Shown: positions 37,345-51,759 of the stretch, in pieces
How the letters are laid out: the number at the start of each line of letters is the position of its first letter
Numbering within the stretch: position 1 is the first letter of the stretch
NCBI GenBank assembly: GCA_964247055.1
Contig: OZ176051.1
Location: 9,486,001 to 9,550,000 of the forward strand
Reading direction: 5' to 3'
Length of the DNA stretch: 64,000 nucleotides
DNA from: Paragordius varius
Taxonomy: Eukaryota > Animalia > Nematomorpha
Position numbers and translations under genes: made by a program
The notes under the pieces: generated by a model
What the model was told of the DNA's origin: nothing
Database searches by the model: none
Seen by the model: the letters and a program-made list of their open reading frames with translations, nothing else

Positions 37345-39864
37345 TTAGATGTTTTCTCTTATCATTAGTTTCAATTGATTATTAACTAGAGCGATTTGAT
37401 CACCGGCCGAAAGACGCAACTTACAAGAATTCGCTCTACATTCGATTGTATACGGAGACCGATTTTTAGCATACACAGTTATTCTTGTGGAATATTGGTT
37501 TGGTAAAAGGTGAGGCTTGATTTGGTCCCAGGTGCTTGCTTTATTATTCCATCTGATATCTAATATATCGGTAAAGGGTAATATATTACACATTAGTAAA
37601 AAACGCATATCATTGACATAAGAGGTTTGTTTATAAACATATAGTATGGGCAAAATTTATTCGAATGGTTATAATACTCGTATTCATCAATGACTAAAAA
37701 TCAAAAACTCATTTACGATTGTGTGAGTGTATGCATGGCGATATTTGTTTTCACTAATCAGTTAACATACTGTTGTTTGTTAAATTTTAATTTTACGCCA
37801 GTAAGTATTAACTAATGCCCAAACTACATTTTCCGAAAATAAAATACATGCTATATATAATTTTTTATCTAAATAATAAATAATTTAACAATATAATAAA
37901 ACTTTGTGTGACATATCGCGTATATTTATTCCCTATAGTGAACATCAAGTAAAAATACATTTTCGTTTATTTTTATTTGTAAATTATTTTTAATATTAAA
38001 GGGTTGATGTTAAGTTGCATTATATCATTAATTTCTTTTAATTTTTTTAAAAAAATAAGTACTTTTGGAAGCAGTTTGGCACTTTTGAGCTACCAATTTG
38101 ATTTCATGTAGAGAATCCGATTTTTTTAGATATATTTTGTCGTATTTGGATATTTCTTTTCTCGAACCACTTAGTATCAACTTATTATTGTCCATATAGG
38201 TTTTAAATTTAGTCAGGTATTCATAAGAAGGGCCAAGAATCTCAACATCTTTTATATTCCATCCAAGTGTTGAGAAACTAACTGTATTTTCACACTGATA
38301 GTATTTCCGAACACTTTTCGCTAAACATATTATATTAAATTAAGCCTAATTATTCTATAATAACGTGAGGTTTGCAGATTTTTAATAATTTTAGTAAAAA
38401 AATTTATATAACTCAGATTTTAATATACGTTAATAGAGTTTTCTGAGAGCACTAATACCCAATATGGAATTAATTTGACAAAAAGTTTGCAGCTCATGTT
38501 TTTTAATATTTACGATTAATAGGTATGTACCGGAATATTTGTTTTTTTTGCAATGGAAAAGATGTTAAATATTGAATAATATATAATTGTAATAAAAAAA
38601 TTAATAATTAAACTTACTTAAACTTTTGGGCATATATTTAAAGTTTCCAGCTTTGTCCCACGTTCCTGGATAAATAATACATAGTTTTAAGTTATTTTTC
38701 TAGTTTATAACAAAAAGGAGAATTGCATAAAGAATTTTGAGAGCATTAACACACTCGCCTTCGAGCATTCAGTGTGATGATGGAAAAATTATACATTTAA
38801 TTATAAATATATATGAAATGTAAAAATAAATAATGAAAACCATCAAATTTAATCATCCATCTTCTATATGTATATTGATTCACGAAAAGGACTAAAAATT
38901 CATTATGAATCGCTGTTATATTAGCTTGAATAGAGCCGTTGGATATTTGATAAATTCTACCAGGACTATAAAGGTTTAATTCACAAGTTTTGGCTAAATT
39001 TGGGTCATTGAACAAATCAGAACAATTTTCCTCAAATATAAATCGTCCATTGGCTCTTGTAATCCGTCAAAGGGTAGAAAATTTCAAAATAAAGGTTAAG
39101 TTCTTTACCATCTATGTTAATGGTCCAAAGTCCAGCATAATCACATTTACCAGGTATATTAATTATTAATTTTGTTTTGTTTGACACTTGAAAAGGCATT
39201 TCTTTTCCATATTTGGTAGTTATTTGAATGGTAGGGGGTGTTTTTGAATTTTTAAGAGGTTGCCAAAACTCAGCTATATCGATTTCATACTTTTTGATCT
39301 TATTTGGTGATACTATGCCCCCTGTAATTACTAAAAATTGAAAAATTACTTTGCAAAATATATATGGAAAATATATATAAAATATCTATTGATATTTAAA
39401 TTGGGCAAAAAACGTAACATAGTGTGTAAAGATAACACATTGTTTATTATGATATTTAGCGAAAGGCGGTTATTACAAAATATATGCATCTTTCGCCTAT
39501 GAATCATACGTAAAAAATTAACACTTGCACAATGTAAGAGTATTATAATATTAAATTTATTACCTTGAAGAGAAATATTTCCATGCCTTATTGTCACACC
39601 ATTTTTCAAAACGGAATAAGGGCCATCAACTAAATTCAATTTAGGCGCTATCTCTTGATCAAGAAATTGTGAATAATTAACATTAGGGTAGTAAAATGTT
39701 CCAAACGCAAAATTGACAGTTATGTTAGCTCGACCTTGATACTCATCAAGAAGTTGATAATAATATTCTTGACCAAATGAAACCAAAATGTCATCGGGAT
39801 TTGGTTGCTCCTGAGCTAATGTACTGTAGAACCCAAATAGGAATAAAATTGGTAGTAAAACCAT
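37345..39864 (-). pseudogene. Copy A4 of the secreted-protein gene (disrupted)
   Basis: Co-linear with A1. It has the same 2-nt exon-2 deletion as A2 (~39051) and a 1-nt deletion near the start of exon 5 (~37657). Confidence 0.75.
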
Positions 39865-42329
39865 TTCATAAAATTAATAGCTTTGATATAATTCTTGGAG
39901 GTCTTATATAGAAATGCTTTAAAATAAAATGGGCCCTACATATTAAAGGAGATAAAGCAAATATTATTGAAATTTGGCAATGTATAATGATATTGCAGGC
40001 TACTAAATAAATATTTTTAATTTATTTTGGACCAAAAACCTAATTTTTATGTATTTCGACAAAAACATTATGTAAAACTCGTGTCTAATACATTAGTTTT
40101 GTAAAATGTCAATATTTGCAATAAACCAAAACAACTTTACTGACAGTTATTACGGTAAAAAAATAAATTAAAGTGTATTTGATCTGGCTAAGCTTACAAT
40201 CTCAAATCTGGTTTAAACACGATCGCCAATTTTAAATTATATAACTCAAAGTTTGTATTATAGTTAATTTATTATATATAAAAAAGGAATTAACTGTATA
40301 ATTTTAAGTGATTTCAAGAGCATGAAACGGAATCTTATAGAAGGTTCACGACAAAATAATTAATTTTGCGAAAAGAAAATATAGAGATACACTGGTAGTT
40401 TTTCATTAAATAATGCCAACAACTATATCTTTATTTTTATTAAATACCAATAAAATGCCAAAAATTTACCTATATGTCGTATTAATTATTAGCTTTTAAC
40501 AAATATTTTAAATAACCTACTTACAAAAGTTTTTGAGCCAACCCACAATTTAGTTACAATTCGGAATGTTTTCAACTTTAAGCGATTATAATTTAAGAAA
40601 TTAGGAACTTATATATAATTCGGCATATTACCTGATGATCAACATGAGCATATATAAATCAAATTCATTTTAAGTCTAAATAGAATTATACTATTTATTC
40701 CAATTCAACACTTTTCTAACTAAACGCATATTTTATCAATTAAAGGCAGCAAAGTAACTTCCAAACGCAACATTATTTGTAGTTAAAAATTTTATTTAAG
40801 ACCTGAAATTCAGGTAACCATATTAAATGTAAAAAAATTCGTAATATAATTTGTTATATAATAAAAAATTGTCTTTAAATGCAAAAATAATGTTGCGAAA
40901 TGAAAAATTTGTCTTGCTTGAAAAATTTTATGGATTGGCGGGAGCTATGTTGTGTTATGACATTGTTAATTTTTACCTAATAGTTAACCTGGTAATTATT
41001 TAATTTTGATGATAATGATTACATATTCTTTTTTCTTAAATGTAAACCATAGAATGTGATTTTTTAAAATACTAGCGTAAATCTCGTGCTGCTACGCGGG
41101 CTATTTGAAAAAAGGGACAATATGATCCACATATGTGGATTATTTCGAAACATTATATATTAGCTATGATCTCATAGGAATTTTAAAACAGCATTCATAC
41201 TAATATATTGTTTACTTGGGCGAAAAAAAAATGATTTTTGTGGACTTAATTTTTAAAAAAATGGCATTTTACGGGGGGAGCGGGTAAGAAGTTGGCCTAA
41301 ATTAAAAAAGCGAGACGACTATGTTCGGCGCAATCGAAAATAATTAAATAAATATCATATTTGAAAGAGAATTATCCAACACGTTCTCCGGAAAATTGTC
41401 TCAAAGACACAATTTTTGTGGACTTCTCTTTTCAAAAAAACCGTTTTTTAGACGGGGTGGGCCCGAACTGGGGGTCTAATTTAAAAAAAGGGCCAAGCTA
41501 TTGTCGGTATGATTATATTTTCGTCTGGAAAAAGATCACAAAGCCAGCATTTTCCATTTTTATAAATATAATAGATTTCGATATTGTGCCAAAAATAAAC
41601 ATATCTTTCTTTTATGGGATATTCATTCATCAAAAATAAAATTGAATCGTTATCATTTTTAATGGCAAACGATATATTAATATCATCCTTTTATAATTTT
41701 CTCTAAAATGTTCTTAATTTCTATTTTTTGTGTCATAAGACTCACAATAAGCGTTAGCTTAAATATAAACTGGCTTATCGCTTTGCCTTCAAGGGTAATA
41801 GGCCTGTAAGTGTCGGGGGTCAATGATTTAGCCTTTAATGTCGGTATTTTAATTCGCATAAGTTATGATTCAAATTGCCAACAGACAGTACTATTCTCAT
41901 TATTGTTTATTGTAAAAAAAATTTAAATACCAATTTCTGATATCAATCTAATTTTTTTTAGATTTTATGCCAAATAGCAAGACAATTTTTTTATGCTACT
42001 TTTATAAAAGAGTTACAAAAAATTTATAAATCAATAATGAAAAACGTTATATATAACGCCGCCCTCTAGTACCTTGCACAAAGAGTCTGGGGATTTTTTA
42101 TGCTAACACACATTTTGTTCCCTTAACCACTCATATGCAACATCAAACTTTAATTTCTAGTGTAATAACTTTACATTTTAACTTAAGTTAAAAAAAATAA
42201 ATTTATCCATTTGCAACATAACAATATTTTACCTATTATTTCATCTTTTACTTACGATATACCAATATTGAGGGCCAAATAACTTAATGACAATAAAAAC
42301 ATTAACACATTTTTCATTCTATAATATTG

Positions 42330-43990
42330 ATGATGTTAGATTTCTCTTAGTTTATGTACAAACTCTGGGGCAGTTGAGACGATTCGACCATATTGTAAGA
42401 TATCTGTGCAAGTTTTTGGATTAAATGTGGTGTTATATTTTTAATCTAATCTAAATATCGTAGCTTAAGCCTTCCAAGTTTCCTAGCCCCTTCAACTGGG
42501 CCTAAAATGGTCGCTTTTTCTAAGTTATCGGCTCTCATCACATGTCCGTAAACTCTGTGCTGAAAGGCATGAATTTTTTGATGAAGGTTAGTTTGGGTTT
42601 AATATGTACTAATATTTTATATTGTATCTTTTGCTCCCATTCTATACCAATATATCTATAGGTCCATAACTCAAACGCTTTTATTTTCTTGCAAATGACT
42701 TACAGCTTTGGTGCATTACTGGAAAACTTATTGATCTATTACACGCTTTTTGATGGAATTGGGAATTTTTTTGGAGAATGGATTAAAGTATGATTATTGC
42801 ATTTTCTGCCATTGCAGCTCTCCTGGTACTGCTGGTTGTAGAGGTGCCACTTATTAAAATAGTAGATCTGAGGTAAGTTAAGTTGTTCTGAATGTTTTGT
42901 TCTTAAAATTCACAGTAAGTCCTCTTTTGTTGGGATAAGAATTGTTGCGTCATCAGCGAAACGCAAGTTATTGATTGTCTCGCCTTCTATTATGATGCCT
43001 GCTGAGTCATTTCTATTATTTTTGTGATGTCAGTAAGTTAAATAGCGAAGGTGATAGTGTACATCCTTGTCTGACCCTTATTTGTCTATTTATTGTTTGG
43101 CTGGGGCTTGCTGAAACTCGTATAAATGCTTTTTCATTTGAAGATTGTTGAGATTTAATAATGTGCAGGGAAAATCCGCTTCACCCATAGTTTTTCATAG
43201 ACCACCCTATCAAAGCCTTGGAGTAGTTCAGGAAGGAAAATATTTTTGTTGTATACATTTGCTTGTTCTATTATGCGTTTTATATTAGAGATGTGGTCTC
43301 GACAACTTTGAGTCGGAAACCAGCCTGTTTATTAGATATGGAGTTTCTGTACCAATTCTCTATGCTCATTTGGATTATTTGACAAGTATTATGTGTTTGT
43401 GAGGTATGATAATTCTGTAATGATCGCAATCTTTTCCTTGACATTTTCATATATATTGGTATGAAGAATGATTTAGTCCAGTCTTTTAGCCATCTACAAT
43501 TTCTTTTGGCCTAACTTGGTTATTATGTCAGTTAGTTTTAAGACTTCTTTCGAAATGCTTCCATCCTGGAGTTCTGTTCTTAACGATTAGCAATCCCGTA
43601 TCAATATCTGTTTGAGTTATGCTGGGTTCTGTTAAATGTGGAATAATTTGTGTTGTATTTGTTTTAAACATTTGCAATGTATTCCTTGTTACTTCTTGTT
43701 GTTGGTTAGGTGATTCCTTCAATGTGATTTATTTGTGATTTTTTGGGTTTATAATGTATTCATATAGGGAGATGCTCCTTTAGACAATTCGTTTCAATTT
43801 TGTGGCAAGTATTTAATGCCTGTAAATGTAGTAATTTTATTTGTTTTTGAATATGCAATTGAGTGTTTTATATTCGTAAGAGTTTGAGCGTTGTTTGGCC
43901 AATTTTTTCTTTTCTGCAATCAAACACAGTTGGCTTAGTTGTTTTTTTTCAGATTTTGTTTTTAAGTTGTTCTTTGCAATTTTTACTATA
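42330..43990 (-). mobile_element. Paralogous copy of the decayed RTE element, extending ~170 bp further 5'
   Basis: Near-identical to 4570-6072, with the same QGCTLSP and FADD motifs; continues into a Lys-rich linker where the first copy is cut. Confidence 0.8.
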
Positions 43991-44383
43991 ATTTTTTTAG
44001 CTTACTATTAGGTTACACGTATATTTGTATGTATCATGCAAAGTCATAAATTATCCTTAATTTATAATTGTGTTATTTTATCTCATGTAAATTACCTTCA
44101 TAGAAAATCGTATATATCTAACCCGATTTTTCTAATAAATGTATTATCATTATCTTATACTATCACTATGATCTAACTTAACAAACAGTTACCACATCAC
44201 TGTTGGTATTAGTTAACATTTATTCACAAAAAATATATTGAATTGTACATTGACATCATTTTATTTTACAAAATTAATAAAGCACTAGGCAGCAAATGTT
44301 AGGGGTTTTCAGTGATAGTTGGGACAGCGGAGATTGTTTATTGGACATAATATTACATAAACATATAAATTTATTTTGATTTA

Positions 44384-44790
44384 GATCGTGTTTGGTTTAG
44401 CCACGAAAAATAATATTTATTTAGTATTTCCGTTCAGTTCAAACAAGTTGTTTTCGTTTAAGGCAAAAATTGGAATTTTTTTACTAAACTTAGACTCTTT
44501 TGTCAACCTTAATATAGAAAATTTAAGCTTTGGTCTATTATTTAATAATATATTTTTAGTAGGTTGCCAAATTTAATAATTATTTATCTCAACTGTATAT
44601 TTAATTTTTGAATGCTCTAAACTACCACTTACTCCTATTGAATATGTTATTGAATTCAGCAAAATTTTAAGATATATAGACATAATGCCAAGAAAGAAAG
44701 ATTAACTAGAAATTCAGTAGCTAAAATAACTGTCAATTTAGCTTATGGAAATTTACTTACGATAATATACAATTTTTTCAAAAGCTAATT
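44384..44790 (+). pseudogene. Second copy of the old diverged exon-1 fragment
   Basis: Part of 44060-45700, a near-identical inverted copy of 22870-24440; reads PIEYVIEFSK and VAKITVNLAYGNL. Confidence 0.55.
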
Positions 44791-47531
44791 AACTAAATAA
44801 TACCTGTAGTAATTACTATCAAAAGCAAATTATATAATTTGATTGCAACTATGTATATCTAGGGCAGGGGTGAAATACAAATAGCTTCGCGGACGGCATG
44901 CTTGCATCAAAGATTTGACGGGCCGAACAAAATATCTGGGCATTAATAAAAAGTTTATTGAATTTAAAACATAAGAGTGCACAAATCACTGTTTATTTTA
45001 ACAATTTTAGCTAGATCATGCCAAATTTTTGAGAAGATTTTTTTAAGAAAATCAATGCTTAGATCTCTTAAAATGTAATTGAAATTAAACTCCATAAATA
45101 TTTTGGAAGGGACATGCGGCCTTGTTAGATACTTCTGAATTAGGTTAATCATAGTGATCACATATTAGACTACTTTTTAATCGAGGTGAAATATTTTATT
45201 ATATGATTAATTTTATTTTTGTATTACTTATGTATTAATACGACCGTTTGTGATGCGCCTCTTACACATAAATTTACACTATTAAACACTATAAAACAAC
45301 AATCAAATATTTTTTTTAAATCAAAATAAGTTGCCAAATAATTCTTTAGTATTTTTAACAATTAAACATATATTTTCTAGAATGCCCAATAACCTTTTAG
45401 TGTTTACATTCAAACATATATTTTCAACAATGAAATAATTTTACCAACAATCGAATTATATTGCCCAATAATATTTTAGTGTTTCCAATAATTAAACATA
45501 TTTTTACAAAAATCAAATAATTTCTCCAACAATCTAAATTTTTTGCCCAGTAAATTTATGGTGTTGCGAGTGATAAAAATTAAAATTTAACAAAAAATGT
45601 TTTTTAACTTGTAAAATTATTGGTATAAAAAAATAACATTCATCGTAGATAAATATTTCATAAAATCTTCTGGTTCGGAAAGACTGTGTATACAAGCAAT
45701 TCCGATCATAATATATATATTTATAAAAATGGAAAATGCTGGCTTTGTGATCTGTTTCCGGAAAACCGGTAGACTCATTAAAAGCCAAGCGTCAAAAATA
45801 TTTAATCATTAATGAATGCCCCACCCTATAAAAAACGGGTTTTTCTGAAAACACAAGTCCAGAAAAATCGTGTCTTTGAGACATATTATGGAAAACGTGT
45901 TGGAATATTCGATTTCAAATATAATTATTTTAACTTTTTTCCATTGCTTCGAAACTACTCAGCTTACTTTTTTAATTTAGGCTCTCTTTTTACCCGTTCC
46001 CCCAGTAAAATGCCATTTTTTTCAAAAAAAACTAAATAATTTTTTGCCCAGGGTATGAGACCGTTAAAATTTACTGAGGATTCTAGTTATTCTCTGTCAA
46101 AAGGAAAAAATTTAATCTTGCGTTTAATATTGGCTGCTGGGTAAACAGATAGCCGCTAAAACTGCGCCACTATATAGAAATTGCGTTGTTGGAGCTAATT
46201 TACAAAAAATTTATAAAGCCATATGCTAATATTACTCCTAGCTAGGTAATAATTAAGGTCGGGTTATTTTATTAGCCGTTAATAGGGGGCCTTTATGCCC
46301 TAAAATGCCATCATATAACGATTATTTAGTGTTGAGGTATTTTTTCGAATAACCCATGAGACGATGGTATCAAAGATGATTCCGAATATTCGCCCTATAA
46401 AGGCAAATGGGTAGGGGTCTATCGGTTAAAAACTGATACGCCACACAAAACAGGCGGAGTTTTGGAGCTAATTTTCACAAAACTTAAGAAGCTACACGAG
46501 AGTAAACGCCTTTCTGGAAAATTTGTATAATATCATTTTTTCCTTTAAAAAGGGACCACAAATGATTCACTTTTTACATCCCTTGATCCCAGCTCTATCA
46601 CAATTTAAATCCATTGATAGCTGAATATTCAATAAGGGACAGATTTAATATGGTCAATTTCAAGTAAACAATATTTCAGCCTATGCAAAATCCCTTAAAA
46701 GAATAATTGAAGACATTCTTTTTATTAAATATGTTTATTATTATTATTTTATCTGCATTAACTCTATTTATTGCAAATTATTAAGAATAATTATCGGTGA
46801 GACGACGCCACACCGAAGCGTGACAGGGCCAGCTAGTATCTCGTATAAATTTACTATGAATCAGAAAATGTTAAAGAAATTTATAAAAAATGTAGATCAT
46901 TTTCTCAATCTCTCGAAAATCCTGATAAATATTATCAACAAAATTTCTAAGTGTTATTTCGAAGAATCTATTATTTTTCTTTTTTTATTTGTCGGGGTCG
47001 TTAACAAACTCGCAATCATAAATGGGGTCGGGAACGTCAAAAGTTGAAGAAGCCATGATGTAATCATTTGTAATTTAGTAGGATTTATAAACTCATATTT
47101 AAAAAATTATATTGAAATATTGAAATTCAATCAATACATAAAAATATTTCCCAATTTTTAATATTTTGTTATGGTTTCATGATAGAATTCAGGGTAAAAA
47201 TCCGATCAGTTGCTTGTGTGATTTAAACTCAATTATAACTGTTCATGCAATTAGGATTTCGATTTATGTTACCCTTATCTTTATGGTAATATAATTGTAA
47301 CCAATATAGCCTGATTAACAAAAAATATTTCATTATATTTTTTTTGAATTTTTTAACCTAATAATATTAATAAATGTTGCCGATCAATAATAAGATTTAT
47401 TCGAATGAATTAATGGTATTTTTTGTTTATTTATTTATGATATTAGGTAAGGTTTTATATTATTTTGAATACGTAAGGTATTAAAAATAGTTTTAATAAA
47501 ATTAAAGTTCAAATGAGTCATCTATATAATA

Positions 47532-48778
47532 CACTGTGTGCAAAAAAGAGGGTTAATTTTTTTTAAGAAAAAATTTTTTTATGAGATGGCTTATGACCAG
47601 CGAATTGCAAAATTTTTTATCTGTTGACGACCTAGTTTTTGAAATATTAAGAGAAAATCAAAGGGCAAAAAGTGAAATTAAGGATAATTAAGGATAATTC
47701 AAAAAATAATCATAAAACTTGTTATATAATGGTTTATTTTCATTTTAAGCGATATTTTCAATAGATAAATAGCCTAAAATCATATAGTTAGGGTTACTAT
47801 AATATCTCAGCTCAAGGCGTTTACTTTTAACACACTTAGAGGACAAAAAATATTTTATGAAACTATATTAATATGACTTTTTTTTAAATATTTACAAGCT
47901 AAACTCACTATAAAAATGTTAAAATTTATATTTTATTCAGCAAAAAAACTTATATATCAAAATAAAACCAAAATATATTGTTTTTTATTTTTTCATTTTT
48001 TTGTCATCTGGTTTATGAGTGTATAAATTTATACTGTTTTATTTTGGAATCTTACATGAGTGGGAATCAATAAGTATTTTATTTATGCAAAACAAGATTT
48101 AAAAGTAAAATATCAACCAAAAATCCTTACAAATCCAACAACTCTGTTTTAAGACATATTAATATTTTTATTGGAATTTGTACGGATTGTTGGTTGATAT
48201 TCCACTACTTTTAAATCCCTTGCATAAATATATATATTTTATGATTCGTACTCATGTATACAAAATAAAACCGTATAAATTTTCATACACTCATAAACCA
48301 GATGACAAAAAATGTAAAAATAAAAACAATATTTTTTGGTTTTATTTTGATATATAGTTTTTGTACTGAATGAATTATGGATGTTAAGATTTTAATGTTT
48401 AGCTAAATAATTTAAAAATATTATTTTAATATATTTTTTATAAAAAAAATTTGTCTTGTGAGTGTTTTAAAAGAAAAACGCCATCTTTTGAGCTGAAAAT
48501 TTTAGAAACCCTAAATATGATTTTACCCTATATATATATATATATATATTGAAAACATATCTTAAACTGATAATAAACCATAATATTTCAAATTTTATCA
48601 CTATTTTTTGAAATATACTTAATTATCCCTAAATTTCAATTTTTGCCCGATTTCGATTTTCTCTCAATATTTCAAAAACTAGGTTGTCAACAAATTATAA
48701 ATTTTGCGGCAAATGAATACGCTGGTCATAAGCTCTCATAAAAAAAAATTTTCATTAAAAATTTTTTTGCATGCAGTC
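47532..48778. mobile_element. 1.25-kb foldback element, an imperfect palindrome over almost its whole length; Tc1/mariner-like ends
   Basis: 47532-48140 pairs with 48170-48778 (e.g. CTTATGACCAGCG/CGCTGGTCATAAG; GTCATCTGGTTTATGAGTGTAT/ATACACTCATAAACCAGATGAC). The left end is TA|CACTG; no ORF. Confidence 0.8.
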
Positions 48779-49499
48779 ATATACATCCGCTATTTTTCAT
48801 TTTATATTTCTCCTCTGATTTTTAAACAACCATTGCTCTACTCCTCATTTTCTTCATTTTAATGGTTTTAATATTTATAATAACATTTCCTTTAATTTTT
48901 AGAGTTTTTCTAACAAAAAATATTTCTAAAATAAAATGGCTTGTGAATACATCATTTTTATTAATTAAATGGTGATATGAACACCCAACCAATTAATTTT
49001 ACATATAGCTGCAAGAAATTTTGTATGTAGCATTTTATCAAAAAAACTTTGATGTCACATAGCATATATTAAAAATTGGTACCATGCAATCTCGCCATTT
49101 TTGCGTTTATTCAAAAAGATAGCCTATTTTAAAGGGGTTAAAATTTTATATTAATAATAATATTTCATATTTAAATATTTATATATGATTTTTTTGTAAT
49201 GAACATCTAGTTTTTAACCAAAAAATATATTTAGCATAAAGTGGGCCTATTTTGCCATTTTTCGATCAAAAGTATAATTATTTAAAAAGATGTGCCCAAA
49301 ACCTAAAGGATTTTTAAAGTCCTGATTATATCAGATTATATATTTCATCAGGATTATTTTAGACCGCCCGATTCACTCTGTGCATATGAAATAAATATAC
49401 TGTAAGCATGGAATAATTAATATAAAATATAATGTCTTTCAATATTTATTTATTTTAAAGAACCATTTATATCAACTTAAAGTATTTTTAGAGATCTGA

Positions 49500-50207
49500 T
49501 TATCTGAAAAGTAGTATTGTTTTCTTCAGGTTCTGTTTCATAATTGTTGTTACTGTTTTTAAATCAAGAATAGTTGTTCCCATAACCATTTTGGTATAGC
49601 AACCGGTTGACATAGCTAATATGTATATTGAGCACATTTCAAGTGTCTGCGTATCCAAAAAGTTCATCGGGATAGTCAGGTTTTCATTGTAATTAATTGT
49701 GTATTGGATAGGTAACATTTTCGTTTTGACTTTAACAATCTTTCGATGATCTTGAAGAGATATAAGCCAAAATTTAATGTACATTTGTTTACCCGACCAT
49801 TCGTCGTTAAAATCAAATAATTTATAATCATGCACTTTCAACATTGAAGAACCTTCAGGCGTTGCGTTAGAGCTCATGCCTTAAAAAATGTAATTAAATT
49901 AATATTTTTGACATAAAATGATAAAATAGATCGTTAACATTATACTTATTGTCAATTCTCCTGCAACAGTGCTTTTGGTTTCGTCTAACAGGGATTCTAA
50001 TTTCAGTAAATAGTCACAATATCCGACATTTGATAGTTCTTTTTCTACCGATCTCAAATATAGCATACCTTGACCAACACACCGTATTTTTTCAAGATGG
50101 GGCATACTTATATCTATTGGCGAGTTGTTTAATTGTTGGATAAATAATTGAAAAATCAAAACATCTGCAGTCAATGATATTGAACTTATATCTATGTATA
50201 TCAATAG

Positions 50208-50241
<34 letters not shown>

Positions 50242-51310
50242 TATGTTAAGAAATTACATCGAAAACTTTAAGAACCCAAGTGGTGTCTGATTAATATCGT
50301 GAAATAATTAAAAGAAATAATTATCGGTCTCAATTTTATAATTAACGCAGGTTCTTTGAAATGAAGGACAGGAGCTTTGGATCAAAATATTTACACACAG
50401 ACCAAAATTATCAGTTATGTTTATATAATACAAAATTTTTGGCACAAAAAGAATTTTAAACAAAATGTAACACATAAACACTATATTACCTTTTCATATT
50501 TTGTATGATGAGTACCTATATGGATTCTTTGTCCCTGCGCTTTAAACTTATATAGTTCAATTATTATTAGGGAAATTATTTTTGCTAAATTAGACCAAAA
50601 TGTTTTTCTATTATATGTTTAGAATATAGAACCAACACTCGTGACAAACAGCTGATATTAATTTAATAAATTTCTTAACCTGGAATTTTTATCGAATAAT
50701 TCCATGTCGGATGATATGACAAAATCAGTAAGGGCAATGTTCCATATTTTTTTAATGGATCCAAGCATTTATATACGATTATTAAAGCTTCAAATGACGG
50801 TTTTTTCATTTCATTTGTGTCTGGATCAAAATATAAAACAAGTTCTGGATATAGGATATGGACATTGATACATTCAACAATGTGAACATTCAAACTACAT
50901 TCCTGTCCATCATATCCCAGATATAATTTTAATTGTGTAAATAAATTTGATTTTGCCAAAATTTGTTTAATAAGAGGGAGCTTTTCCGCAAGTAAAGCAG
51001 AATCCATGATATTTTGATCTTCGTGTAAGCTAAGTTGATTTTCGGAACATGATTGTAAATCCAAATTTTGTATTGGTCTAGTTTCTATCAAATCGCATAA
51101 ATTCTAAAATACCTGGAGTAGTGAATTTTGTAAATTTTTCTTCCAATGTCTCTTTAGATTTGATTTCATTTTGAATAAGAGGGGTGATTTTTTCGTTAAC
51201 CCTTGTTACAGTCCATTTACTCAATAAAATAAAGGCTAACCATGCCACAATGACTAAAATAAAACAAATTATAAAAATGAGAAGTATAAAAGTAGTATCT
51301 ATATTAAATG
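49500..51310 (-). CDS. Synaptotagmin-like gene, copy B2 (better-preserved C2B-like exon)
   Basis: Same exon series as B1. The last exon reads MYIKFWLISLQDHRKIVKVKTKML..YNENL, which by eye resembles synaptotagmin C2B (PYVKxxL..KxxKKKT..xNExF). Confidence 0.55.
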
Positions 51311-51759
51311 GATAAGTTGAAACATGTTTAGAACGTAAACGTTTATTTTAAATTTTTTAAATATTTCAACCTATTATTGTTAAAATTATCACAAAAGCTA
51401 TTACTTGTTTTAGCATTTTCCCATTAATGCTTTTTAGAGTTAAGTAATGCCAAAAATATATTTTGCACGATAAAAATTCCTTTGCGCTTAATCTAAGTTG
51501 AGAAACTCTTCTTTTACCAAGCCATTCTAATATTCTTTAAAATTGGAGGTTTTAAAAATTTTATAAATATTTTTTTTGTAAATTGAACCGAATAAGTGTA
51601 TAAAACGCAATAGTAAGTTAATGGATTATTTTGATATTGACGTCGTGTAATCAGTCCTATCAAACTTTGAATAAAGATCTAAAAACTATTCCACAGTTTA
51701 TTATAAGCTTCGAGATATTCATTGATTTATATAAATTTATATTTAATAAGAATACCACA

